From an uncultured Roseovarius sp. (lineage in GTDB: Bacteria; Pseudomonadota; Alphaproteobacteria; Rhodobacterales; Rhodobacteraceae): a DNA stretch of 64,000 bases. The stretch is taken from the NCBI RefSeq assembly GCF_947489715.1, contig NZ_CANLER010000002.1, forward strand, positions 265,597-329,596. The letters run 5' to 3'. Positions within the stretch are counted from its first letter, which is position 1; the number at the start of each line of letters is the position of its first letter. The notes under the pieces were generated by a model that worked only from the letters and a program-made list of their open reading frames with translations, ran no database searches and had not been told where the DNA came from. Shown piece by piece: positions 9,888 to 19,673 of this stretch. Both the position numbers and the translations under genes were made by a program.

Positions 9888-10624
9888 GCTACGCCCTGCA
9901 ATGGATACGCTCATTGCTATTCAGCCTTTTGGCTTATGTGATGATGGTTTTCCTTGGCATCGTATTCTTTCCTTGGGCGATCGTCAGCCGGCGCGGGGCG
10001 CTCGCCGGGTGCCATGCCTGGTGCCGGTGGATTCGCTGGAGCGCCCGCTGGATGGTCGGGTTGCACACAGAAGTGCGCGGCACGCCCCCTACCGACGAGG
10101 TGATGATTGCCGCCAAACACCAGTCGTTCCTGGATATAATCTTGATCTTCGGCGCAATACCGGCCGGAAAATTCATCATGAAACGAGAGTTGATGTTTGC
10201 GCCGGTCATTGGTCAATATGCCTTAAAAATCGGCTGCGTGCCGGTCAATCGCGGCCAGCGCGGCAAGGCGATCAAGAAGATGGTCGCAGATGTCGCGAAA
10301 GGTGCACAACATCCGGGCCAGTTGATTATCTACCCGCAGGGCACGCGCATCGCGCCAGGCATCAAGGCGTCCTACAAAGTGGGCACGGGTGTGCTCTATG
10401 AACAGCTTGGGCAGGATTGCGTACCCGTGGCTGCCAACGTCGGTGTTTTCTGGCCCAGGCGCGGCATTTACCGAAAGCCCGGTCTGGCCGTGGTTGAATT
10501 TCTGCCGCGGATCAAAGCCGGGCTCAGCAAGGCAGCCTTCATGGAAAGGCTTGAGGATGAGGTCGAAACGGCCTCGAACAGATTGATGCGCGAAGCGGGG
10601 TTTGATCCGAATGCAATGGATTGA
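9884..10624 (+). CDS. plsC: 1-acyl-sn-glycerol-3-phosphate acyltransferase
   Basis: KHQSFLD (HX4D) and YPQGTR motifs; ATG at 9884 overlaps the ftsX stop. Confidence 0.88.
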   Translation: MSYALQWIRSLLFSLLAYVMMVFLGIVFFPWAIVSRRGALAGCHAWCRWIRWSARWMVGLHTEVRGTPPTDEVMIAAKHQSFLDIILIFGAIPAGKFIMKRELMFAPVIGQYALKIGCVPVNRGQRGKAIKKMVADVAKGAQHPGQLIIYPQGTRIAPGIKASYKVGTGVLYEQLGQDCVPVAANVGVFWPRRGIYRKPGLAVVEFLPRIKAGLSKAAFMERLEDEVETASNRLMREAGFDPNAMD

Positions 10625-11213
10625 TGATATCACGGCGCTTGAGGCGCTTTATGGCGACCCTGCTGAAATGTCGTTGCGCAAGGTCGCATACCGGCTGACA
10701 CCGCTTTATCGAAAATGGATCATGACTTCGCGCTTTTGCGTGCTTAGCACGATTGGTCCAAATGGCACCGACGGAAGCCCGCGCGGCGACGATGGCCCGG
10801 TGGCAACCGAACTGGACGATCAAACCTTGGCCATACCCGATTGGCGCGGCAATAACAGACTGGATTCCCTGCGAAATATCGTTGAGGACGGGCGCGTATC
10901 GCTGATGTTCATGGTGCCCGGGTCGAACACCGTCGTGCGGGTCAACGGCACCGCGAAACTGACCATTGACGAAACGTTGCGTACCCGGTTCGAACGCAAG
11001 GGCCGCCTGCCCGCAACCGTGATCGTGATCGCCATTGCCGAGATTTATACCCAATGCGCCCGCGCACCTGTGCGAGCGGGTCTCTGGACCCGCGACGACA
11101 GCACAGACCTGCCGTCAGTGGGCGAAATTCTGGCGGAAATGACCGATGGTGAAGAAGGCGGAATAGCCTATGACTCAGCCTGGAGTGCCCGCGCCGCCAA
11201 GACCCTATGGTAG
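10611..11213 (+). CDS. Pyridoxamine 5'-phosphate oxidase-like FMN-binding protein
   Basis: DGSPRGD, PDWRGNNRLDSLRNI and CARAPVRAGLW motifs. Confidence 0.82.
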   Translation: MQWIDDITALEALYGDPAEMSLRKVAYRLTPLYRKWIMTSRFCVLSTIGPNGTDGSPRGDDGPVATELDDQTLAIPDWRGNNRLDSLRNIVEDGRVSLMFMVPGSNTVVRVNGTAKLTIDETLRTRFERKGRLPATVIVIAIAEIYTQCARAPVRAGLWTRDDSTDLPSVGEILAEMTDGEEGGIAYDSAWSARAAKTLW

Positions 11214-11253
11214 GCATCTCACCCACCATTTCTGACCCGATTGCCATCAGAAT

Positions 11254-11271
11254 TTCACAGAAAATTCACAG
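11254..11271. promoter_or_regulatory. Direct repeat TTCACAG-N4-TTCACAG (11-bp period; OmpR/PhoB-like geometry) upstream of the desaturase
   Basis: aatTTCACAGaaaaTTCACAGaatt, about 60 bp before the ATG at 11330. Confidence 0.35.
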
Positions 11272-11329
11272 AATTAGGCTGAAATAAAGTAAGTTTACAC
11301 CGGGTAGAACATAAAAAAGACGGGCAGAG

Positions 11330-12370
11330 ATGAGCTATTTATTCGACCTGATGGCGCTTTACGCCGATTACATCGTTTATTTTTTCAGTTTTCTGTGGGA
11401 TCCGAACAGCCGCTTGTTCCTCTTGTATCTCGCGGTCGGGGCCGGGTTCGCCTTTGTCATCTACAGGCTGAACAAGCACCATGTCAGCGGCCCGGATGCG
11501 GATCGTGACAGCAAGAACTTTCTGAGTTTCCTATTGCCCACACATGTTTGGTCGCACCCGTCTGCCTGGCTGGATGTGCGGTATTTCTTCTTTCACCACT
11601 TGATCGGCCACTTTCTTTTGTTCGGTGTGTTGGCAGGATGCACAACATGGGCCTACGCGCTGGTCACCGGCGGTGCGAACCTGGCTGAAATGGCGCGCCT
11701 TGGCGACATGCAATCCGAACCCTTCGATTTCCTGATTGCCCTGGGATATATGTTCGCATTCTTCGTGATCGGTGATTTGATCGGTTATGTCATTCATTAC
11801 CTTCAGCACAAAATTCCGATCCTATGGGAGTTCCACAAGGTTCATCATAGTGCCGAGGTGATGCATCCCATCTCGAACTTCCGTGAGCATCCGATCGACA
11901 ATCTTGCTTACAAAGCCGCAATCGGGGCGGGCTATGGCGCGTTCATCGGTCTGGCGTCAAATACTCTGGGTTATGTGCCAAACATGCCCGCCGTATTCGG
12001 CGTGCCAGTGCTGATGTTCGTTTTCAACCTTATGGGCTATAATCTGCGCCATTCGCATATCTGGCTGCGCTGGCCCGGTGCCTGGTCAAAGATTTTCCCA
12101 TCGCCCGCGCATCACCATGTGCATCACAGTTGCCACCCGCAACATTTCGACAAGAATTTCGCTTTCATGTTCCCACTCTGGGACGTGCTTTTTGGTACCT
12201 ACGAGATGCCCGAGGATAACCGGGATGTGAAATTCGGTGTGGCGGGTATGAAGTCAGGCGAAATGGATACCTGCGTGAAGCTCTATCTAGTGCCGTTCAA
12301 AAAGGCATTCCGCCGGCTACAACCGCGTGAGAAAAAGCCAACAACCAAATCAATGCCACCGGCAGAATAA
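11330..12370 (+). CDS. Sterol desaturase / fatty acid hydroxylase superfamily protein
   Basis: Histidine boxes HYLQH, HKVHH, REHP, LRHSH and HHHVHH; NFAFMFPLWDVLFGT. Confidence 0.9.
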   Translation: MSYLFDLMALYADYIVYFFSFLWDPNSRLFLLYLAVGAGFAFVIYRLNKHHVSGPDADRDSKNFLSFLLPTHVWSHPSAWLDVRYFFFHHLIGHFLLFGVLAGCTTWAYALVTGGANLAEMARLGDMQSEPFDFLIALGYMFAFFVIGDLIGYVIHYLQHKIPILWEFHKVHHSAEVMHPISNFREHPIDNLAYKAAIGAGYGAFIGLASNTLGYVPNMPAVFGVPVLMFVFNLMGYNLRHSHIWLRWPGAWSKIFPSPAHHHVHHSCHPQHFDKNFAFMFPLWDVLFGTYEMPEDNRDVKFGVAGMKSGEMDTCVKLYLVPFKKAFRRLQPREKKPTTKSMPPAE

Positions 12371-12398
12371 AAAACGCGCGGGACAATCCCGCGCGCGT
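12369..12398 (-). terminator. Intrinsic terminator between the convergent desaturase and lpdA genes
   Basis: CGCGCGGGA-caa-TCCCGCGCG stem next to an A-run (U-tract on the minus strand). Confidence 0.7.
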
Positions 12399-12421
12399 GA
12401 TCTCTGCCAGACAATCCAAAA

Positions 12422-13816
12422 TCAGGCGTGAATGGCCCCATCGCCACAGGCCAGTGCTGCCTCGCGCACGGCCTCGGAATAGGTTGGGTGGGCATGGCAA
12501 GTCAGTGCGAGATCCTGCGCCGAGGCCCCGAATTCCATCGCCACGCAAACCTCATGGATCAGATCGCCTGCTGCCGGACCAATAATATGCGCTCCAAGGA
12601 TGCGATCGGTTTCAGCGTCCGCAAGGATTTTCACAAAACCATCGCCAGCGAATACAGCCTTGGCGCGGCCATTGCCCATGAATGAAAACTTGCCAACCTT
12701 ATAGGCGCGATCCTGGTCCTTCAAATCCTGTTCCGTGGCCCCGACGCTCGCCACTTCGGGATGGGTATAGATCACGCCCGGAATGACACCGTAATTCACG
12801 TGCCCATGATTGCCCGCGATCACATCCGCCACGGCCATGCCCTCATCCTCGGCCTTATGGGCCAGCATCGGGCCGGCGATGGCATCACCGATCGCATAGA
12901 CACCCTTCAAATTGGTCTGCCAGTGATCGTCGGTCTTGATCTGACCACCTTTCGTCACTTCGATACCAAGCGCCTCAAGTTCCAGACCGTCCGTATAGGG
13001 CCTGCGACCCGTGGCAACCAGAACCACATCGGCATCAATACTCTCTTCCTTGTCGTTCTTGCGCACCTTGTAATGCACCTTGGCCTTGGTCTTGAGCGTT
13101 TCAACCTTCTGCACAGCCGCGCCCATGACAAACTTAATGCCTTGTTTTTTCAATGTTCTCTGGAACGTCTTCTGAATTTCGGCATCCATACCAGGCGTCA
13201 CCGCATCCAGGAATTCGACCACAGTAACATCCGTGCCCAGACGCGCATAAACCGATCCCATCTCAAGTCCGATTACACCCGCGCCGATCACCACCATCTT
13301 CTTGGGGATCTTGGCAAGCTCAAGCGCACCGGTTGACGTCACCACGATCTTTTCGTCAATCGTGACCTCGGCACCCGGCACATTCGACGCCTCGGATCCG
13401 CTGGCGATGATGATGTTCTTGGCCTCGTGAACCTCGTCGCCCACCTTGACCTTGCCCGCCTCGGGGATCGACCCCCAGCCTTTCAGCCAGTCCACCTTGT
13501 TCTTCTTGAACAGAAATTCGATACCCTTGGTATTCTGCCCGATCACGTCATCCTTATAGGCCAGCATCTGCGTCCAATCGACCGATGGTGCCTTACCCTT
13601 CAGGCCCATCTTGGCAAAATTATGCTGCGCCTCATGCAATGAATGCGAGGCATGCAGCAGCGCCTTTGACGGGATGCATCCCACGTTCAGACAGGTCCCG
13701 CCAAGGGTTTCGCGTCCTTCGACACAGGCGGTTTTCAGACCCAGTTGGGCACACCGGATGGCGCAGACATAGCCGCCGGGGCCTGAACCGATTACGATGA
13801 CGTCATAATTTGCCAT
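12422..13816 (-). CDS. lpdA: Dihydrolipoamide dehydrogenase (E3)
   Basis: [27 protein letters not shown] and HPTYSE motifs; downstream of sucAB. Confidence 0.97.
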   Translation of the reverse strand: MANYDVIVIGSGPGGYVCAIRCAQLGLKTACVEGRETLGGTCLNVGCIPSKALLHASHSLHEAQHNFAKMGLKGKAPSVDWTQMLAYKDDVIGQNTKGIEFLFKKNKVDWLKGWGSIPEAGKVKVGDEVHEAKNIIIASGSEASNVPGAEVTIDEKIVVTSTGALELAKIPKKMVVIGAGVIGLEMGSVYARLGTDVTVVEFLDAVTPGMDAEIQKTFQRTLKKQGIKFVMGAAVQKVETLKTKAKVHYKVRKNDKEESIDADVVLVATGRRPYTDGLELEALGIEVTKGGQIKTDDHWQTNLKGVYAIGDAIAGPMLAHKAEDEGMAVADVIAGNHGHVNYGVIPGVIYTHPEVASVGATEQDLKDQDRAYKVGKFSFMGNGRAKAVFAGDGFVKILADAETDRILGAHIIGPAAGDLIHEVCVAMEFGASAQDLALTCHAHPTYSEAVREAALACGDGAIHA

Positions 13817-13831
13817 GATCATTTTTCCCTG

Positions 13832-13893
13832 ATTTTCGACGTCGGTATTACGTCGGTATTTCGTCGGTATCGCGTCGGTACAAATTCGGCGCG
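13832..13893. repeat. Array of four 11-bp units (CGTCGGTA core), copy A of a dispersed element
   Basis: Units at 13840, 13851, 13862 and 13873: cgtcggtatta, cgtcggtattt, cgtcggtatcg, cgtcggtacaa; flanks ATTTTCGA and AAATTCGGCGCG. Confidence 0.85.
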
Positions 13894-13943
13894 GCCCTCG
13901 GTGCAAGTGGACCCGGAATTTGCCGGAAGGTCAACCAATGCGC

Positions 13944-14333
13944 TCATATCAATGCCGCCAGTAGCATGAGGGTTGTCGCCAGAATCCCCACCGTCCAGAT
14001 CACTGACCGCCACGGCACCCAGCCAAACAGATAGGCCGGCACATAGGCGATACGGGCGCAAAGATAGGTAACGGCGCACGCGCCCGTGAACCCCGAGGAC
14101 TGGTTTGAGATCGCGATCACGCCACAGGCTATTCCAAACAGGATCAGCCCCTCGAAGTGATTGTTCATCGCACGATGCATCCGGCCCGCTTTCCCGCTCA
14201 ACGCGATCACGTCATCCCGAGGGGTCAGCGCGGTTTTCGTCCCCACCTGTAGCTGACCAAATACCGCATAGAGGCAAATCTGCACGACCTGCAACAGCGC
14301 GGCCAGGGTCAGGGCAGTGAGTTCCAAAGTCAT
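13944..14333 (-). CDS. MAPEG family membrane protein
   Basis: RMHRAMNNHFEGLILF and ARIAYVPAY motifs; start MTLEL at 14333. Confidence 0.82.
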   Translation of the reverse strand: MTLELTALTLAALLQVVQICLYAVFGQLQVGTKTALTPRDDVIALSGKAGRMHRAMNNHFEGLILFGIACGVIAISNQSSGFTGACAVTYLCARIAYVPAYLFGWVPWRSVIWTVGILATTLMLLAALI

Positions 14334-14392
14334 CAGGGCCGCTTTCTTTTTTTCACAGTACCCGGCAGAGGACGCGACCACGGGGCCAGTAT

Positions 14393-14896
14393 TCACTTTC
14401 CACCAAAAGTCAGGCTGCCACTGCGATACTCGTACTCATCCCGGGATTTATCACGGGGCCGCATCGCAACGCCGATCTTTGCCGCGGCAATTACAGCCCC
14501 GGTTACATTCGTCGCGGATTTCAGGCTTGTGAGAGATTTCTTCGCCTTCGCCTCGGTCTTGTTATAGGGCTTCAATGCGATCTTCTTGGTCTGATCCTTA
14601 TACGTGCACCTGACAGTCACCGGTTTGGTTTTCGGGCCAAAGACCGGCACGGTCACCTCTGCGGGCGATGTGAATTGTGATTGAAACCCCTGCCCCGTCA
14701 TCTTGCAGGACGCGCCCGTAACTTCCTTCCGCTCACCACTTTCCTTGGAGTAGGTGCGAAACTTGAAATCGGCCACACCAGCGGGTGAAATCCGGTCGGT
14801 CGATTCATAAGGGACCGGCGCTTGAGAGATTTTCGTACTCTGGCACGCCCCCAATGCCATGATCGTCACCATACCCGGTACGGTCATCCAATTCAT
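14393..14896 (-). CDS. Hypothetical lysine-rich lipoprotein
   Basis: Lipobox ALGAC; two further Cys; start MNWMT at 14896 after GAAGGGGG. Confidence 0.7.
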   Translation of the reverse strand: MNWMTVPGMVTIMALGACQSTKISQAPVPYESTDRISPAGVADFKFRTYSKESGERKEVTGASCKMTGQGFQSQFTSPAEVTVPVFGPKTKPVTVRCTYKDQTKKIALKPYNKTEAKAKKSLTSLKSATNVTGAVIAAAKIGVAMRPRDKSRDEYEYRSGSLTFGGK

Positions 14897-15047
14897 TTTT
14901 GCCCCCTTCGCACCACTTACTGAACCAACAGGCTGCACCAGATTGGGTCACCACGTCAAAACTTTGTTCGAACGGGTAATTCGCACATGTATTCTGGACC
15001 GTTGCACCACGATCAACACATGGCATACTTCGCCCTGCCGTTGTCCG

Positions 15048-15067
15048 GTAAGTGGGTTTCACCCCAC
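15048..15067 (+). repeat. REP-like hairpin
   Basis: GTAA-GTGGG-tttcac-CCCAC; shares TTTCACCCCAC with the copy at 46285-46307. Confidence 0.5.
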
Positions 15068-15074
15068 GACCAGC

Positions 15075-16598
15075 CTACAGATCCATCAAGAGCCGCCGCG
15101 GATCTTCCAGCGCGTCCTTGACCCGCACAAGGAATGTCACGGCGCCTTTGCCATCGACGATCCGGTGGTCATAGCTGAGCGCCAGATACATCATCGGACG
15201 GGCGACGATTTCGCCGTTGACCACCATCGGGCGCTGCTGGATTTTGTGCATGCCCAAGATGCCCGATTGCGGCGGGTTGAGAATGGGTGAACTCATCAGT
15301 GAGCCATAGACGCCGCCATTCGAAATGGTGAAGGTACCACCCTGCATTTCGGCCATGCTCAGCTTGCCGTCGCGGGCGCGGGCGCCCTTTTCGGCGATGG
15401 CTTTTTCAATCGCGGCAAATCCCATCTGGTCGGCGTCACGAATGACAGGCACCACAAGGCCCGTAGGAGTACCCGCAGCGATGCCCATATGGACGAAATT
15501 CTTGTAGACGATATCGGTGCCGTCAATCTCGGCATTGACCTCGGGCACCTCTTTCAGCGCATGGCAGCAGGCCTTGGTGAAGAAAGACATGAAGCCCAGC
15601 TTGGTGCCGTGTTTTTTCAGGAACTCGTCTTTATATTCATTGCGCAACGCCATGACCGCGGTCATGTCGACCTCGTTATAGGTCGTCAGCATGGCAGCGG
15701 TGTTCTGGCTGTCCTTGAGGCGGCGGGCGATGGTCTGACGCAGGCGCGTCATCTTCACCCTCTCCTCTCGCGCGGCGTCATCGGCAGAAACCGGGGCACG
15801 CGGGGCGGGCGCAGTCGGCGCAGCCGCTGGGGCCGGCGCGGGTGCCGCACTTGCCGCCGCAGCCGCCTTGGCAACATCCTCTTTCATCACCCGACCATCG
15901 CGGCCCGAGCCCTGAACCTGATCGGATGATATCCCCGCCTCGGCCATTGCCTTTTTGGCAGAGGGTGCATCTTCGACATCTTTGCCGCCGCCAGAGGATG
16001 CAGGCGCCGCAGCGGGCGCATCGGCAGCAGGCGTTGCAGCGGCACCATCGCCGCCTGAAATCACCGCCAGCTTGCCATTGGCCTGAACGGTATCGCCTTC
16101 CTTGGCCAGAATCTCACCCAGCGTGCCGGATGTCGGGGCAGGCACCTCGACCGACACTTTATCGGTTTCCAGCTCACACAGCATCTCATCTTGTGCGACC
16201 GCATCGCCCACCTTCTTGAACCAGGTCGAGACTGTTGCCTCGGTCACTGACTCGCCCAGCGTGGGCACCATCACATCGACATTTTCACCACTGCCGCCAC
16301 CTTTGCTGGCCGGGGCTGTTTCGGCCTTGGCCTCCGCCTTGGGGGCGGGTGCTGCACCTTCACCTTCGGTGATCGTGGCCAGCAGCGCATCCACGCCCAC
16401 GGTGTCGCCTTCAGCGGCAACGATTTCGCCCATAACACCGGCAGCGGGCGCGGGCACTTCGACGGTGACCTTGTCGGTTTCCAGCTCGCACAGCATTTCA
16501 TCGACAGCGACAGCATCGCCGGGCTTCTTGAACCAGGTGGCAACGGTGGCCTCGGTCACGGATTCTCCCAGCGTTGGGACGCGCACTTCGGTTGTCAT
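15075..16598 (-). CDS. sucB: 2-oxoglutarate dehydrogenase E2 (two lipoyl domains)
   Basis: Two LETDKV lipoyl motifs, [12 protein letters not shown] and SYDHRIVDG. Confidence 0.97.
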   Translation of the reverse strand: MTTEVRVPTLGESVTEATVATWFKKPGDAVAVDEMLCELETDKVTVEVPAPAAGVMGEIVAAEGDTVGVDALLATITEGEGAAPAPKAEAKAETAPASKGGGSGENVDVMVPTLGESVTEATVSTWFKKVGDAVAQDEMLCELETDKVSVEVPAPTSGTLGEILAKEGDTVQANGKLAVISGGDGAAATPAADAPAAAPASSGGGKDVEDAPSAKKAMAEAGISSDQVQGSGRDGRVMKEDVAKAAAAASAAPAPAPAAAPTAPAPRAPVSADDAAREERVKMTRLRQTIARRLKDSQNTAAMLTTYNEVDMTAVMALRNEYKDEFLKKHGTKLGFMSFFTKACCHALKEVPEVNAEIDGTDIVYKNFVHMGIAAGTPTGLVVPVIRDADQMGFAAIEKAIAEKGARARDGKLSMAEMQGGTFTISNGGVYGSLMSSPILNPPQSGILGMHKIQQRPMVVNGEIVARPMMYLALSYDHRIVDGKGAVTFLVRVKDALEDPRRLLMDL

Positions 16599-16601
16599 GA
16601 T

Positions 16602-19562
16602 TTATTTCCCTTCGATGGTCAGCGCGGCATCCACCAGCGCCTCTTGTTGTGCTTTATGTTGTGCCGCCAGCCCTGTTGCGGGCGACGCCGATGCCGGACG
16701 CCCTGCATAGCCGGGCCGTGTGTGCTTGGCCTTGATCCGGGTCAGGACCCATTCGATGTTGGGTTCGATAAAGGACCAGGCACCCTGGTTCTTGGGCTCT
16801 TCCTGGCACCAGACCACCTCGGCCTGCTTGAACCGTCCCAGTTCCTGCACCATCGAGATGGCCGGGAACGGGTAAAACTGTTCGACGCGCATGATGTAGA
16901 CGTCATCAAGGCCCCGGCTGTCGCGTTCCTCCAGCAGGTCATAATAGACCTTGCCCGAACACAGGACCACGCGCTTGATCTTCTTGTCGGCGACCAGCTT
17001 GGTGTCGGAATTGCCCAGTTGCGCATCGTCCCACAACACCCGGTGGAAACTTGATCCGGTGGTGAACTCTTCGGCTTTCGACACGGCCATCTTGTGTCTG
17101 AGCAACGATTTCGGCGTCATCAGGATCAGCGGTTTGCGGTAGGTGCGGTGCAATTGCCGACGTAGAATATGGAAGTAGTTCGCTGGCGTTGTGCAATTGG
17201 CCACGATCCAGTTATCGCCGCCGCACATTTGCAGGAACCGCTCCAGCCGCGCCGACGAGTGTTCGGGCCCCTGCCCTTCGAACCCGTGGGGCAGCAGGCA
17301 GACAAGGCCCGACATTCGCAACCACTTGCTTTCACCGGAACTAATGAACTGGTCGAACATGATCTGCGCGCCATTGGCAAAGTCGCCAAACTGCGCCTCC
17401 CACATCACCAGCGCATTGGGTTCGGCCAGCGTGTAGCCATATTCAAACCCCAGAACGGCATATTCGCTGAGCATCGAGTCGATGACTTCGTATTGCGACT
17501 GGCCCGCGCGTATGTTGTTGAGAGGATAGTAACGCTCTTCCGTTTCCTGGTTGACCAGCCCGGAATGCCGTTGACTGAACGTCCCGCGGGTACAGTCCTG
17601 ACCGGACAGACGCACGGGGAAACCTTCGAGCATGAGCGAGCCAAAAGCGAGCGCCTCGGCCGTGGCCCAATCGAATCCTTCGCCAGTCTCAAACATCTTG
17701 GCTTTGGTTTCCAGCAGACGTCCCACGGTCTTGTGCAGCGGGAACCCTTCGGGCGCGGTGGATAGCGCCTTGCCGACCTCCTTGAAGGTTTCGGGTTTGA
17801 CCGAGGTGGCACCGCGTTGGTAATCCTCGTCCTTACGGTCCAGATGCGACCACTTACCGTCCAGCCAGTCGGCCTTGTTGGGCTTGAAGTTGGTCCCGGC
17901 CTCGAATTCGTCCGCGAGGAATGCCTGGAACGAGGCTTTCATATCTTCGACCTCGCCTTCGGGCATCAATCCGTCTCTGATCAGGCGGTCGGTATAGAGG
18001 CTGAGCGTCGTCTTCTGCTTCTTGATCTTCTTGTACATGATCGGATTGGTGAACATGGGCTCGTCGCCCTCGTTATGGCCAAACCGGCGGTAACAAATGA
18101 TGTCCAGCACCACGTCCTTGTGGAATTTCTGGCGGAATTCGGTGGCCACTCTGGCGGCATGCACGACTGCTTCGGGGTCGTCACCGTTGACATGGAAAAC
18201 CGGCGCCTCGACCATCAGGGCCACATCCGTCGGATAGGGGCTGGAGCGGCTGAAATGCGGCGCGGTGGTAAACCCGATCTGGTTGTTCACGACGATATGC
18301 ATCGTGCCACCGGTCCGGTGCCCCTTGAGGCCCGATAGGCCAAAGCCTTCAGCCACGACACCCTGCCCGGCAAAGGCCGCATCGCCGTGCAGCAGAATGG
18401 GCAGCACCTTGGTCCGGTCAGCGTCGTTCAGCTGATCCTGTTTCGCCCTCGCCTTACCCAGCACGACGGGATTCACCGCCTCAAGATGGCTGGGATTGGC
18501 GGTCAGGCTGAGATGCACATTGTTGCCGTCGAACTCGCGGTCTGAACTAGCGCCCAGATGGTATTTCACATCGCCCGAACCATCCACATCCTCGGGCTTG
18601 AAGCTACCGCCCTGGAATTCGTTGAAGATTGCCCGATAGGGCTTGCCCATCACATTGGCCAGGATCGAAAGACGCCCGCGATGGGGCATGCCGATGATGA
18701 TATCCTGAACCCCAAGCGAGCCACCGCGCTTGATGATCTGTTCCATCGCCGGAATCAGGCTTTCGCCGCCATCCAGACCGAACCGTTTGGTGCCCATATA
18801 CTTGACGTGCAGATACTTTTCAAAGCCCTCGGCCTCGACCAGCTTTTTCAGAATGGCCTTGCGGCCTTCACGGGTGAACTGGATTTCCTTGCCAAAGCCT
18901 TCGATCCGTTCTTTCAGCCAATTGGCCTGCTCGGGGTCCGAGATATGCATGTATTGCAGGGCAAAAGTGCCGCAATAGGTGCGTTTGACGATCTCGAGTA
19001 TCTCGCGGATCGACGCGATCTGAAGGCCCAGCACATTGTCGATGAAAATCGGCCGGTCCATATCGGCCTCGGTAAAGCCATAGGATTTCGGATCCAGCTC
19101 GGGCCGGTAGGGCCGGTTCCAAAGGTCCAGCGGATCCAGATCGGCATTGAGGTGCCCACGAATGCGGTAAGACCGGATCAACATCAGCGCCCGGACACTG
19201 TCGAGCACCGCGCGCTGGATCGCGTCATCGCTGACTTCCACACCCTTTTCGGCAGCCTTGGCGGCGATCTTCTTGCCCGCTTCCTTAGCCTCGGGGGCGG
19301 CGGGGTATTCACCTGTCAGCGCGCCAGTCAGATCGTCATTGGGTTCTGGTGGCCAGTCGCCCCGCGCCCAGCTTGGGCCGGCGGCCTCTTGCTTTACGCT
19401 GACCTCATCATCGCCCAACTGCCTGAAAAACGCTTGCCAGGCCTCGTCCACCGCGTTCGGGTCATTGGCATATCGGGCGTAAAGCTGCTCCAGATACTCC
19501 GCATTATGCCCCTGCATGAACGAGGAGGCGTGGAACTGGTCGTTGGGGGATTGTTCGGTCAT
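16602..19562 (-). CDS. sucA: 2-oxoglutarate dehydrogenase E1
   Basis: 986 aa; GMPHRGRL, HGDAAFAGQG and LLPHGFEGQGPEHSSAR motifs. Confidence 0.98.
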   Translation of the reverse strand: MTEQSPNDQFHASSFMQGHNAEYLEQLYARYANDPNAVDEAWQAFFRQLGDDEVSVKQEAAGPSWARGDWPPEPNDDLTGALTGEYPAAPEAKEAGKKIAAKAAEKGVEVSDDAIQRAVLDSVRALMLIRSYRIRGHLNADLDPLDLWNRPYRPELDPKSYGFTEADMDRPIFIDNVLGLQIASIREILEIVKRTYCGTFALQYMHISDPEQANWLKERIEGFGKEIQFTREGRKAILKKLVEAEGFEKYLHVKYMGTKRFGLDGGESLIPAMEQIIKRGGSLGVQDIIIGMPHRGRLSILANVMGKPYRAIFNEFQGGSFKPEDVDGSGDVKYHLGASSDREFDGNNVHLSLTANPSHLEAVNPVVLGKARAKQDQLNDADRTKVLPILLHGDAAFAGQGVVAEGFGLSGLKGHRTGGTMHIVVNNQIGFTTAPHFSRSSPYPTDVALMVEAPVFHVNGDDPEAVVHAARVATEFRQKFHKDVVLDIICYRRFGHNEGDEPMFTNPIMYKKIKKQKTTLSLYTDRLIRDGLMPEGEVEDMKASFQAFLADEFEAGTNFKPNKADWLDGKWSHLDRKDEDYQRGATSVKPETFKEVGKALSTAPEGFPLHKTVGRLLETKAKMFETGEGFDWATAEALAFGSLMLEGFPVRLSGQDCTRGTFSQRHSGLVNQETEERYYPLNNIRAGQSQYEVIDSMLSEYAVLGFEYGYTLAEPNALVMWEAQFGDFANGAQIMFDQFISSGESKWLRMSGLVCLLPHGFEGQGPEHSSARLERFLQMCGGDNWIVANCTTPANYFHILRRQLHRTYRKPLILMTPKSLLRHKMAVSKAEEFTTGSSFHRVLWDDAQLGNSDTKLVADKKIKRVVLCSGKVYYDLLEERDSRGLDDVYIMRVEQFYPFPAISMVQELGRFKQAEVVWCQEEPKNQGAWSFIEPNIEWVLTRIKAKHTRPGYAGRPASASPATGLAAQHKAQQEALVDAALTIEGK

Positions 19563-19586
19563 GATGTCACCTTGGGAAAAAGCGAA

Positions 19587-19656
19587 AACCGCCGGTCAAG
19601 GCGGTTGGGCGGGCCTGAACCCGCCAGAGCGCACGCCGGGCTGACGCCCGGCCTGC
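19587..19656. repeat. Cluster of three GC hairpins with 6-nt loops, including an inverted REP-like doublet
   Basis: AACCGCC-ggtcaa-GGCGGTT; GTTG+GGCGGG-cctgaa-CCCGCC; GCCGGG-ctgacg-CCCGGC+CTGC. Confidence 0.6.
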
Positions 19657-19673
19657 ATATTTTTGGCCTGCGA

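Noticed and set aside
13832-13893. CRISPR interpretation of the 11-bp arrays (also 46173-46243)
   Set aside because: Units are only 11 bp with 2-3 variable bases, there are no spacer-length unique sequences, and no cas genes are present
15075-16598. Internal DNA duplication in sucB
   Set aside because: This is the ordinary tandem lipoyl domain pair
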